NCBI GenBank assembly: GCA_963771555.1
Contig: CAVYTM010000003.1
Span: forward strand, 500,610-564,609
Direction of reading: 5' to 3'
From: an uncultured Thermoplasmata archaeon
GTDB taxonomy: Archaea > Thermoplasmatota > Thermoplasmata > Lutacidiplasmatales > UBA184
DNA length: 64,000 nt
The notes under the pieces were generated by a model. The model made no database searches. It was not told the origin of the DNA and saw only the letters and a list, made by a program, of their open reading frames with translations. The position numbers and the translations under genes are program-made. Numbering within the stretch: the stretch's first letter is position 1; every line of letters starts with the position of its first letter. Below, piece by piece: positions 1 through 9,341 of this stretch.

Positions 1-11
1 GGGCGCCCCCC

Positions 12-1031
12 GTGAAAGTCTTTGTTACGGGCGGTGGGGGGTACATTGGTACTTCCCTCGTCCCGATGCTCCTCGAGGCCGGGCATCAGGTCACGGTCGT
101 GGACCGTTTCTTCTTCGGAGACCAGGTCTTCGCGGGACTCCGCAACAATCGCTCCCTCCGGCTCGCCCGCGATGACGTCCGATGGTTCGATGGGAAGCTG
201 CTCTCCGGCCACGATGCCGTCATCGACATGGCCGCGCTCTCCAACGACCCGGCGGGTGAGTTGGACCCCTGGAAGACCTTTGAGATCAACTACCTCGGGC
301 GGGTTCGCACCTGTCGCCTTGCTCGGGAGGCAGGGGTCTCTCGATACTTGCTGACCTCCTCGTGCTCCGTCTACGGCTTCCGCGATGGACTTCTCGACGA
401 AACCACCCCTCCGAACCCCCTGACAGCGTACGCACGGGCGAACATCCTGGCCGAGGGTGACACGCTTCCGCTGGGTACGCCGACGTTCTGTCCGAGCGCG
501 GTTCGATTCGCCACCTTGTACGGCCTTTCGGGTCGGATGCGGTTTGACCTAGCAATCAACGCGATGGTTCTGGGAGCGCGGACTTCGGGCAAGATCCCGA
601 TCATGAAGGACGGCACCCAGTGGAGACCGTTCCTGCACGTCCGAGATGCCGCGCGGGCGCTGATCGCCCTGCTCGCCCAGAATCCGTCGTTGATTCAGGG
701 CCACGTGTTCAACATCGGCTCCGACGAACAGAACTATCAAGTCGCCCAGCTCGCGGAGCTCGTGGCCGCTTCGCTCTCGAAGCGACCGACTCTCGAGTGG
801 TACGGCGACCCTGACCTCCGGTCGTACCGTGTCAACTTCCGTCGCGCCCGCGAGGACCTTCGCTTCGCTCCCCGATTGACCCCGGCCGACGCGACGAAAG
901 AGATTGAGTCGGCGCTGGACTCCGGCGCGCTCGTCCCGTCCCCGCAGAACAAGACCGTCGACTGGTATCATCACCTGCTCAAGGATCCCGATGCCGGAAA
1001 ATCCGTGGCGCTTCACGGAATCGTGCTTTGA
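12..1031 (+). CDS. NAD-dependent epimerase/dehydratase (extended SDR)
   Basis: GGGGYIG Rossmann motif, SSCSVYG and YxxxN catalytic-type motif; GTG start. Confidence 0.9.
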   Translation: MKVFVTGGGGYIGTSLVPMLLEAGHQVTVVDRFFFGDQVFAGLRNNRSLRLARDDVRWFDGKLLSGHDAVIDMAALSNDPAGELDPWKTFEINYLGRVRTCRLAREAGVSRYLLTSSCSVYGFRDGLLDETTPPNPLTAYARANILAEGDTLPLGTPTFCPSAVRFATLYGLSGRMRFDLAINAMVLGARTSGKIPIMKDGTQWRPFLHVRDAARALIALLAQNPSLIQGHVFNIGSDEQNYQVAQLAELVAASLSKRPTLEWYGDPDLRSYRVNFRRAREDLRFAPRLTPADATKEIESALDSGALVPSPQNKTVDWYHHLLKDPDAGKSVALHGIVL

Positions 1032-1067
1032 GAACCCCCCGGGTCGTCCTCGGGGACTCCTCCTCCG

Positions 1068-1919
1068 CTAGCTCGAGAGGAGTATGCGGAGGGCGGTGTC
1101 GACCGAGGTGTACGTCACGCCCAGGCGTTCCGAACGTTCGACGTTGAGCGATGTATCTGCGGGGCGTCGAGCGGTCCATTGGGTCATGTCGGACACGCGC
1201 GAGGGGGCCACGAGCCCCGGGTCCGCCCCCACGACGTGGGCGATCTTCTGCGCGAACTCGAATCGTGTCAGCGGCTCGCTGCTGCCAACGTGAATCAGCC
1301 CTATGACGGACTGCCCGGTCAGAGTGTCGATCGCCCGCGCGAGGTCCGGGAGGAACGTGGCGGTGACCCGCTGGTCCGTAATTGCTTTGACCGACTTACC
1401 CGAGCGCAACGAATCGACCACGTAACGGAAGAACTGCGGCTTCCGTGCCCCGAACCCGCGTCCGTAAGGAGACGAGATGCGCACCACTAGGGACTCTGGG
1501 GAACGGAGCGCGACCTCCTCGCCCAACAGCTTCGACCGGCCGTACTCGTTCACGGGTTGAACGGCGTCCGTCTCGCGATACCCGCCCCGCGTCCCGTCGA
1601 AGACGTAGTCCGTAGATATGTGCACCAGGCGGAAGCCGACCTTCGGTTGGACCTCGACGAGATTCGCCACGATCAGCCGATTGAGGGAATCCGCCACCCC
1701 CGGCTCTCGTTCGGCACGGTCCACGTCGGCCAACCCGGCGCAGTTGATCAGTACCTCGGGCGCGAGAGGAAGGAGCTTGGCCCGGAGGTCTTCCACGCGG
1801 GTCGCGTCGACCGTGAGCAGCCCCTCGCGTCCGGTCAGCGACGTGCCGGGGCAGCCGAAGTAGTCGCGAAGCTCGCGGCCGAGGAACCCGCTCCCCCCGA
1901 GGACGACGGCCCGTTGCAT
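1068..1919 (-). CDS. rmlD: dTDP-4-dehydrorhamnose reductase
   Basis: GGSGFLG, HISTDYVFDG, PVNEYGRSKLLGE, RPADTSL motifs; start moved to MQRAVVLG (ATG at 1919). Confidence 0.9.
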   Translation of the reverse strand: MQRAVVLGGSGFLGRELRDYFGCPGTSLTGREGLLTVDATRVEDLRAKLLPLAPEVLINCAGLADVDRAEREPGVADSLNRLIVANLVEVQPKVGFRLVHISTDYVFDGTRGGYRETDAVQPVNEYGRSKLLGEEVALRSPESLVVRISSPYGRGFGARKPQFFRYVVDSLRSGKSVKAITDQRVTATFLPDLARAIDTLTGQSVIGLIHVGSSEPLTRFEFAQKIAHVVGADPGLVAPSRVSDMTQWTARRPADTSLNVERSERLGVTYTSVDTALRILLSS

Positions 1920-1924
1920 CGAGG

Positions 1925-2440
1925 TCACTTGTGAGGCGGCGCGTTCCAGTCCCACGTTCTACCGGAGCGAGGGTCCCGAAGGTTTCCGTTGATCGAGGTA
2001 GGAACGATCGTTAGGTCGTCCCACGGACGCCGGAGTTCGTCGGGCGCTTTCGCGTCGTATAGCCGGGTCACGAAGTAGATGGTTTCCGACGGTACGGGGC
2101 TCACGCACTTGGTCCCGTGCCAATAGTGGCCCCGAACCATGACCGCCTGGAACCGGTCGCCGCTCGCAACGATCTCGTCCAGTTCACCGTTCTGGGGGTC
2201 GCCGAGGTCGTTGTAGGCACAGATCTTGAGCGCTCCGCGAACTACGATGAAGATGTCGAACTGGCCCCGTTCGTGACGATGCCAAGCCCGGATCATGCCG
2301 GGATACGAAACCGAGTAATTGGCCTGGACGGGACGCTCCGAACCCAACAGCTCGGACCAGTCCTCTCGCATGACCTCGGTGAACGAGCCTCGGTCGTCGA
2401 TGTTGCGCTTGAGGTCGATAACGCGAACGCCCGGCAGCAT
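1925..2440 (-). CDS. rmlC: dTDP-4-dehydrorhamnose 3,5-epimerase family (cupin)
   Basis: DDRGSFTE, QANYSVS.PG.IRAWH.H motifs; adjacent to rmlD. Confidence 0.85.
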   Translation of the reverse strand: MLPGVRVIDLKRNIDDRGSFTEVMREDWSELLGSERPVQANYSVSYPGMIRAWHRHERGQFDIFIVVRGALKICAYNDLGDPQNGELDEIVASGDRFQAVMVRGHYWHGTKCVSPVPSETIYFVTRLYDAKAPDELRRPWDDLTIVPTSINGNLRDPRSGRTWDWNAPPHK

Positions 2441-2787
2441 GTGTACCCGCTACGAGCAGCCGCCCCCTTTGATTTAATACCTGAGGCGGGCGGCTAATAG
2501 CTCGTCGCCCGGCCGCGCCGTCGAGGAGGGGAGCCCTCGAGCTCGAGTCTCCCGACGCATTGCACCGATCTCCGAAGAGGTGGTCCGTAGCGGCCTGGGC
2601 CGCGGGACGACGAGGAAGCTGAGCTCGGAGTCGGAACTTGGGCATCGCACCGTCCAGCGCAAGGTGACGTTCGATCGAGCCGGGGGCGGCAGCAGTTCGA
2701 GATCGTTCCGGTAGGGGGTGGGTAGGCGCTCCCATCCGAGCCGATCGCAAGGGTTTCTCCGAACGGAAGACTCATGCTTACTGAGAC

Positions 2788-5523
2788 TTGGGGATTTTCG
2801 GCGGGAGGGGGAATGAGATTCGGGCGGGAATAGTTGCCTACCCCAGCGAAGAAAGCGACCTCGGCGAACGGTCGGGCGAGGCGGCGGCTCCGGTGAATTC
2901 GCTCTCCGGGTTTCGGCTATCAAGCGCGTTCCGATATCTGAGGAACCCGATCGTGCTGTTCGTTCTCGTCAACATTCCCTTCCTGTTCCTCTTTTACGAC
3001 GTGTGGAACCTCAACACCATCTTCTACGCCGCGAGCTACCTCGCCATCGGACTCAACCCGTACCAATATCACAATCTGATCACCGGCGGATTGCTGATCC
3101 AGTTCCTGGGTCTCACGTCGTACTACACGTTTCGGTGGTCGGGGTCGAACTACCTACTCTCCGCCAGCCTCATCAAACTCCTGTATCTTTCGCTGACCTA
3201 CCTCACAGGTCTCGTCCTTTCGAGAGTCGCCAAGTTCGAGGGCCTGGCGTATCACCGCAAGATCCTCTACGCGTTCATCTTCAATCCATTCCTGCTCTTC
3301 GTCAACAACGTTTGGATCGAAACGGACGTCATCATCGTCTTCCTGTACGTTCTCGGTTACGCCGCGCTCTACTACGGATGGGACCGAGGTGGAGAGCACC
3401 GGTACCTTGTCTTCGGTGTTCTGTGCATCAGTTTGGGGATCTTCAGCTACTACTCCATTGCACTGATCGTACCGACGCTGATTCTCTACCGCGAAACCCT
3501 TCGTAAGAAGCTGGAACTCTTGGTGGTCTTCCTCGCCATCGGTGGTCTGCTAAGCATCCCTCTTCTCGCGTTCGACCTCACCTCGCTCGGGACGGCTCTG
3601 GGCGGCCTCCAATCCCCCGGAACTCAGTTGGATGTGTACTCGATCTTCCAATTGATCTCACCCATCTCGGCCGACCGTTTGGCCGTCATCGAGAAGGGGG
3701 CGCTTGCCGTGATCGTGGGATCGTCGATCGTCGTCCCGGTCGTTCTGAAGCGATTGGGAGCCAAGGAACCGGTGAGCTTGCTCACGTCGTACGCGGTTGC
3801 GTACTTGGTCTTCGTCAACACGGTCCAGGGGGACAATCTCGTCCTTCTGACCGGACTGATCCTGCTCGCGCTCATCTCCTTCAAGGAGAGCACGCTCTCC
3901 TACAAACGAATCTTTCTCCTACAGCTGTTCATCCTCCCCCAATTCCTCGTCGCGGAGCTATTGGACGGGATCGGTCCCTCAACCGGCGTGTTCTACTGGT
4001 CGTTCTATCAGTTCCACGCAGCCCCGGATTTGTTCTCCCTACTTGGCGGAGTGAGCACGTGGCACTTTCTGCTCGTGGCGTACTTTGTCTCGCTCTGCCT
4101 CACCCTGGGGTACTTCCTCGTCCGAGGGACCCGACGGCACCCCGGGGCGGCGGCGCGCCTCCCACGCTCGGCTCCCTCGATGCATTCGTCCCCAGGGCCC
4201 CGCAACCTGCCCCGGGTGATGTCGACGGCTACGGTCATCGCGCTGGTTCTACTTGCCGGGGTCGTTCCCGCGCTGGTTCTTTGGGATCCCAACGTCGGGA
4301 AACCTTCGGGGACCCTCTCTGGCTTCGATGCCGGCCAGTTTGTCCCGCTTGAATACGGCTCCGAATGCATTCGCCCTCCCGAGTGCGCCTACCAATTATC
4401 GTCCTCTGATTCCTTCCAGGTGAATGGGTCGAGCTCGTCCGCCTACTTCGCGAATTCCTCGACCCCCATCGGCCTGTTCCGGAATATGACGAATCAACAG
4501 TTCACGATCAATTTCACCGCGAGCATTCCGCTAGCGGGGAACGACTCGACGACGGCGATGGACCTGGTCAATACTTCCAGCTTCTTTGCCGGCCTTCGCA
4601 ACGCTCTCATCGTGAACAACAGTTCACTCCTCACGCCGGCTCAGTCCAATGGGTCAGTGTCGATCGTCGAGGAGCCGAACCCGGCCCTTTCCGGAACGGA
4701 TACCCTCTTCCACCTCAACGGGGCCGGCGTCCGGACGTACTTTCTGAACCCTAAGGTGTTCCTTGGGCGGCAGATGGTCTTCGGGGCGGAGCTGACCACC
4801 AATGCCCAGAACCAGAATCTACTATGGGATATCTTTGGGATGAACTCCTCCTACGAGGGATATCTCCGGGGAAATACCTTCTATCTTGGTTACAAGGAAA
4901 GTCCGACGAGCGGCTGGGTCCTCGAGAGCTTCGCGCTCAATTTGCCGCTTAATCGGTGGTTTACCGCAGGGTTTGACGTGGACCCGATGGGGGACTACCT
5001 AACCGGCTTCGTGGACGACCACACGCTGTCGCTGCCGTACCTCTTCCGTTCGACCCCGGAGGTGAGCCTAAACATCGGCAAATTCAATGCCTCCAACCTC
5101 TTGAATGGTCAATTCAGCGTTTCCGGCCTCGTCACGAACCTCTACGCCTTGCCCTCGAACAACACCCACTACGCCCAGCTCGCGTACGCCTGGTCCTCCC
5201 TTTCCAATCGAACCACTGTGGTCCCGGCCAGCGATTACCTCACGGTGACGATTGTCGGGGGCAGCGAACGCACGACTCTGGCCCTGGATGGGACCGATAT
5301 TCCCGTCGGTCCTATACATGACCTGTGGCTCGGCAAGTTGTCGGATTCAGGTCTCTCCGTCAGTCTCGCGTTCGGTGAGGTGGCATTCTCTTCGTCGTCA
5401 TCTGGGCCCAATCTCGAGCTGGTCGTCCTCGACTTTGGCGTCCTAATCCCGGCCGTCCTTTCCCTCTGGACTTTCTATCGGCCGCTCGACCGATGGCTGC
5501 GCTCTCGCGCCCGTGGGAGCTGA
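2788..5523 (+). CDS. Multi-TM GT-C (GT87/DUF2029-like) protein fused to an extracellular beta-rich LamG/ConA-like domain
   Basis: Many hydrophobic helices with FNPFLLFVNNVWIETD motif, then about 400 aa beta-rich region with about a dozen N-x-S/T sequons and a C-terminal TM helix; start uncertain. Confidence 0.55.
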   Translation: MGIFGGRGNEIRAGIVAYPSEESDLGERSGEAAAPVNSLSGFRLSSAFRYLRNPIVLFVLVNIPFLFLFYDVWNLNTIFYAASYLAIGLNPYQYHNLITGGLLIQFLGLTSYYTFRWSGSNYLLSASLIKLLYLSLTYLTGLVLSRVAKFEGLAYHRKILYAFIFNPFLLFVNNVWIETDVIIVFLYVLGYAALYYGWDRGGEHRYLVFGVLCISLGIFSYYSIALIVPTLILYRETLRKKLELLVVFLAIGGLLSIPLLAFDLTSLGTALGGLQSPGTQLDVYSIFQLISPISADRLAVIEKGALAVIVGSSIVVPVVLKRLGAKEPVSLLTSYAVAYLVFVNTVQGDNLVLLTGLILLALISFKESTLSYKRIFLLQLFILPQFLVAELLDGIGPSTGVFYWSFYQFHAAPDLFSLLGGVSTWHFLLVAYFVSLCLTLGYFLVRGTRRHPGAAARLPRSAPSMHSSPGPRNLPRVMSTATVIALVLLAGVVPALVLWDPNVGKPSGTLSGFDAGQFVPLEYGSECIRPPECAYQLSSSDSFQVNGSSSSAYFANSSTPIGLFRNMTNQQFTINFTASIPLAGNDSTTAMDLVNTSSFFAGLRNALIVNNSSLLTPAQSNGSVSIVEEPNPALSGTDTLFHLNGAGVRTYFLNPKVFLGRQMVFGAELTTNAQNQNLLWDIFGMNSSYEGYLRGNTFYLGYKESPTSGWVLESFALNLPLNRWFTAGFDVDPMGDYLTGFVDDHTLSLPYLFRSTPEVSLNIGKFNASNLLNGQFSVSGLVTNLYALPSNNTHYAQLAYAWSSLSNRTTVVPASDYLTVTIVGGSERTTLALDGTDIPVGPIHDLWLGKLSDSGLSVSLAFGEVAFSSSSSGPNLELVVLDFGVLIPAVLSLWTFYRPLDRWLRSRARGS

Positions 5524-5553
5524 TCGTGCGATAGATCGCCCGCCGACGCAGCT

Positions 5554-7057
5554 TCAGTACCCCCACGATCTCAGGCGACGTTCGATACCCCCTTCGAAGG
5601 TCAGGATCCGGGTCGAGATTATCCGCGAGTGGAGAGCGAGGACTTCCCGCAGGGGGTCACGGTCGCCGAACTCGCCGGGCCGCCGGGTATTCGTTCGCGC
5701 CAAGGGGTCCAAATTCAGGTCGAAGGTTTCGACTAGGTTCCCCTCTGGACCGACGATGACCTTGGTGTCGAGCTGGTATCCCACCGCCCGCAATCCATCA
5801 ATGGCCTGTCGGATCTTGGGGGATACCCAATCGGCCTTGGGCGTGCCGAGTCCGGTGGAATAGGCGAACACGGGCCTCTTCCCGTCATTGTTGGAAATCT
5901 CCTGGATCGCCCTCGCTGAGGGAAGACTCGGTACATCGGCACCGATGGCGCGGAGGACCGTGGGAACGACGTCGATGAGGCTGACCCAGTTCCGAGCGTG
6001 GCGGGCGATTAGGGAATCGTCCGGCGTACGGATGTACATCGGAATCCGAAGCAGAGCTTCCTCTGTTCCCTGGGAGTGGAACAGGGTCCCGTTGGTGCCG
6101 AAGGCCTGGCCATGATCGCTCGTCAGAACGATGACCGGGTCGTTCCCGGGACGACGTTTTCGGATGATCGAGAGGATCCGCTCCAACCGTGGTCCGAGGC
6201 TCCGGATTGACGACCGGTAGAGGCGGGCAAGGGCTTCTTGCTCTTGAGACGACGGCGCCCAATGGCCGAGCAGCCAGCCGGTCCGATCTTGTCGGGGCAC
6301 GAAGTCGGCCTGCGCGGAAGAGGGACGGGGGGGGCGGGCAAAGTCCGGGTAGTATGGCTCGTGGGCATCCAACAAGTTCAGGAGCCCGAACACCGGCGTC
6401 TCCGCTCCCTGACGTTCCAACCAGCGCTCGAGCGTCGGTTCGATCCAAGGGGAGATGCTCGCGCTCGGCGGATGAGACGGGTTCCGTACCTTCTGGATCA
6501 ACCGACTGAGGTAGCGCCCGTACTTGGGGGAGCGTGCCATCATAGGGGCCAGATTGAGAAGTGCCTCCGGCGCCTGAATCCCCATGGAATCGCCTCCGTT
6601 CGGTGGGCTGGTACCGCGGGGGAGCGTCCCGTGGGGCGGCGACAGCCCTCCGGTCCGGAGGTAGATGTCCCACCATCGGCCCCACGCGCAGGCATCGAAG
6701 CCGTCCGTGAGCCCCGTGATCGGAGAAACCAGAACCGTTCGCGGAGAGGCAGCAACTCCGGTAACCGTGCTCTCGCAGGAGCGCGGGAAGGGTCCGGACG
6801 CCTTCTCGGGCCATCCGGAACGGCCGGGCCGGGTCGGGGGAAAGTTCCCAAGGATACAGTCCAGTCAGGAGACTTGCGTGCGATGGCAAGGTCCATGGAG
6901 CGACGGCCACCGCGCGCTCGAATCGGACCGACTCCCGGAGGAATTCGTCAACCTGCGCGAGCCCTCGGAACTCCGGCGCGACGCGCGAGAACTCGGCCGC
7001 CGAAACGCAGTCGAGGACTACAACGAACACGTCGGGACCACGAACGGGCGTCGTCAA
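5554..7057 (-). CDS. Sulfatase-like hydrolase/transferase (alkaline phosphatase superfamily), split by a +1 frameshift at about 6735
   Basis: VVVLDC, PWTLPSHASLLTG in ORF 5885-7057; HEPY and LTSDHGQAFG in ORF 5554-6585; removing one base at 6735-6736 joins them (SANVLVSPITGLTDGFD). Confidence 0.8.
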
Positions 7058-7182
7058 CAGCGCCTCTTCGGGACGGCTCGGGCATTAAAGATTTCTCGGC
7101 CAAGCGAAGCGGAGACCCTCCCTCCGCCGATTCGCAAGGAGTGCACAGACCAGACCCGGATTCAGTAATAGTCCAGGATCGG

Positions 7183-7673
7183 TCAGCCCCAGGCCTCCTT
7201 GGGGTGGTCGTACAACGCAATCATGTTCCCATCCGGGTCGGAAATGTACGAGACCCGAAATGCGATTCGATTTCCGGAAGATTCCGTCCAAACATGTTGC
7301 TGAATGGTCGTGGCCGAATCGGGGTCCGACTTCAGTTCTTCAACGGCGGTTGCGCTGGCCCAGAGCGTCTTCGTTACCGGCATGATCCCCCGCTCATTCG
7401 ACCGTTCGAGCATCTCCGGCAGGTTCCGGGCCCGTACCTCGATATGGTCAAGGTCTTCTCCAGGAACGTAGCTAGTCCAGAACGGCTCGACTCTGCGTAC
7501 CAGTTCAGCTCGATTCGTTGACCCGAGCGACGGTCGTGGAATAGGGCGTACGCCGCCTCTGAATCCGCCACTCACTTGAGCTCCTCGAGGTCCAGCAGCC
7601 GGGTATAGAACTCGATGGATTTGTCGAAATTCGTGCCCCGCAAGCCGAAGTCGCCAAGCCACGCGTCGGACAT
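7183..7673 (-). pseudogene. VOC/glyoxalase family pseudogene
   Basis: Reconstructed MSDAWLGDFGLR..SIEFYTRLLDLEELK*VADS..RIELNWY..LDHIEVR..YISDPDGNMIALY; in-frame TGA at 7572-7574 plus a frameshift at about 7484. Confidence 0.75.
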
Positions 7674-7719
7674 GAAGCGTTACCTCACCGCTCGGCTAGG
7701 GAGGTGTGATCCGGCAAAG

Positions 7720-7800
7720 AACCCCTTACGTGGGGCCGGGGCACACGCGCACGTTGACCCCGAGCCGCGGGAGGGCTTGAGCGAAAGTTTCAGTCCCAAC
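7720..7800 (+). repeat. att-like site A: left arm + 13-bp tRNA-Thr 3' core + right arm
   Basis: agccgcgggaggg at 7763-7775 is 13/13 identical to 9267-9279; right arm cttgagcgaaagtttcagtcccaac is 24/25 identical to 60314-60338. Confidence 0.85.
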
Positions 7801-7886
7801 ACCCCTCCAGCGAATTTTCCCACTGCGTGAGGGCGTCGGCGGAGTTCAATACCCTCCCGCTGCGGAGGTAGCCTGGCGGTCGGGGC

Positions 7887-8633
7887 ATGGGAGAGTATCT
7901 CGACGTCAACGGCGTCAGGACCTACTTCGAAACTCGGGGGAAAGGTGAACCAGTCCTCCTTCTCCACGGTGGGGGTGGCACTGTCGAGTCACTTTACGCG
8001 CAGGCTGACGAGCTGTCCAAGTTCTACTCCGTAGTGCTGCCGGAGAGACGATGGCACGGACGGTCCGCGTGCGTAGGAACCGAGCTGACGTACGAAATCA
8101 TGACGGCAGACACGATCGCTCTCTTGGACGCGCTGAAAGCACGGAAGGCGCATCTGATTGGCCACAGCGATGGGGCCAACGTCGCAGCGATGATCGCGCT
8201 AAAGCGTCCGGAACTCGTGCGGAAACTGGTGATGATCAGTGGCAACTTCAACTCTGACTACATGTCCGCCGAAGGCAGAGCTTCGCTCGGTCGGCTGACG
8301 GTGATTGGCCTGCGCGAAATATTCCCTGCTGTGGTCGACATGTATTACAAGGTCGTTCCGAACGCCGATGAACGATTCCCGATCTTGCTGGAAATGTTGA
8401 AGAAACTTTGGACCTCCGATTGGAGAATATCTTCTGAGGATTTAGGTCGAATCGGCGCTCGCACGCTGGTCATGTCGGCGGATCGGGATATGATTCCGCT
8501 GGCTCACACCCTTGAACTGTTCCGGTCCATCCCCCCAGCTCAGCTCTGTGTGATTCCGAATGCGAATCACCTCCTGGTGATGGAAAGTCCCGAAGCGGTG
8601 AACAGGGCGATCCTCTGCTTCCTCGAACCGTGA
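7887..8633 (+). CDS. Alpha/beta hydrolase
   Basis: LLLHGGGG, GHSDGA nucleophile elbow, C-terminal H (ANHLL). Confidence 0.9.
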   Translation: MGEYLDVNGVRTYFETRGKGEPVLLLHGGGGTVESLYAQADELSKFYSVVLPERRWHGRSACVGTELTYEIMTADTIALLDALKARKAHLIGHSDGANVAAMIALKRPELVRKLVMISGNFNSDYMSAEGRASLGRLTVIGLREIFPAVVDMYYKVVPNADERFPILLEMLKKLWTSDWRISSEDLGRIGARTLVMSADRDMIPLAHTLELFRSIPPAQLCVIPNANHLLVMESPEAVNRAILCFLEP

Positions 8634-8689
8634 ACTCCCCCGATGGGAGTCGGTGGGATGGCCAACCCTCCCTGTGCGAAAGTACCGGG

Positions 8690-8746
8690 CGGATGCCCTC
8701 GTGGACACGGAGCCGCGGGAGGACTTTAGCGATAGTTCGAAGCCCT
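8690..8746 (+). repeat. att-like site A2 (degenerate copy)
   Basis: gagccgcgggaggactttagcgatagttcgaagccc: core 12/13 to tRNA-Thr and 30/36 to site C at 62441. Confidence 0.75.
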
Positions 8747-8823
8747 TTCAAAAGGATGGGATTCCTCGGCGGGCGGCTACCGATCGGCATAGCCGACGAC
8801 TTGTTAGGCAACCCACGGGATTC

Positions 8824-9162
8824 TCATCGCTCGACCGGCTTGGACGAACCCAGGGAGCGCTCTGGAGCCGCTCCCGGTTTCGCCGTGGACTTCAGGACGT
8901 AATCGAAGAATCGGTAGACCTGTCCATCCTCGGCGGTCCATTCGGCGCGGAGGCGCGTCCTCTTCTCGACCTTCCGGAGAGCGGACAGGACCGAGCGGTT
9001 GAGGTCCTTCGCGCTGCCCCCTTCCATCGCAGCCTCGACCACGAACTCCGTTCCCTGCTCTCGGATCTGGCCGCCGGGGAACACTTCTCCGAGGATCGGT
9101 CGTATCCGCTCGAGGCTATCCGTGCTCACTCGGGCTACGAGTCGGAATCGACTTGCGGTCAC
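8824..9162 (-). CDS. Hypothetical protein (112 aa)
   Basis: Clean ORF with protein-like composition; TATA-like ttaaat about 30 bp upstream. Confidence 0.65.
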   Translation of the reverse strand: MTASRFRLVARVSTDSLERIRPILGEVFPGGQIREQGTEFVVEAAMEGGSAKDLNRSVLSALRKVEKRTRLRAEWTAEDGQVYRFFDYVLKSTAKPGAAPERSLGSSKPVER

Positions 9163-9266
9163 CGAGCCACCTCAGTTAGACCGGCCCCCGCGATTTAAGG
9201 AGCCCCGGGTCATGAGAGTGAAGCACCCATTGCCAAAGGGCCGGGCGCACGCCCGAGGTGACCGCC

Positions 9267-9340
9267 AGCCGCGGGAGGGATTTGAACCCTCGGCCTGCTC
9301 CTTACCAAGGAGCCGCTCTGCCAACCTGAGCCACCGCGGC
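9267..9340 (-). tRNA. tRNA-Thr(GGT)
   Basis: Cloverleaf: GCCGCGG/CCGCGGC acceptor, GCTCC-TTGGTAA-GGAGC anticodon arm, GAGGG-TTCAAAT-CCCTC T arm; CCA not encoded. Confidence 0.95.
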
Positions 9341-9341
9341 G

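Larger units (their letters stand above)
7183..9279. mobile_element. Tandem array of three single-gene segments integrated at the tRNA-Thr 3' end; no integrase
   Basis: tRNA 3' core repeated at 7763-7775, 8711-8723 and 9267-9279 with one gene per interval; lower GC than flanks; left boundary not resolved. Confidence 0.65.

Noticed and set aside
2441-2787. Small ORFs in the rmlC to GT-C gap
   Set aside because: No recognisable motif and conflicting frames; not supportable as genes.
7116-7128. Inverted 11/13 match to the tRNA-Cys-type core
   Set aside because: Wrong orientation, no arms, and purine-run similarity is likely chance.
7572-7574. In-frame TGA in the VOC gene as selenocysteine or readthrough
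   Set aside because: The gene also has a frameshift, the position is not a catalytic Cys, and a CGA-to-TGA transition is simpler.
7760-7775. Site core as a tRNA primer-binding site of a retroelement
   Set aside because: None of the copies has the TGG complement of CCA before the core, and there is no reverse transcriptase.
7762-7800. Resemblance of the site (GAGCCG...GAAA) to group II intron domain V
   Set aside because: The basal GAGCCG has no CGGTTC partner, the spacing is wrong, and there is no RT/maturase. The tRNA-end match explains the sequence.
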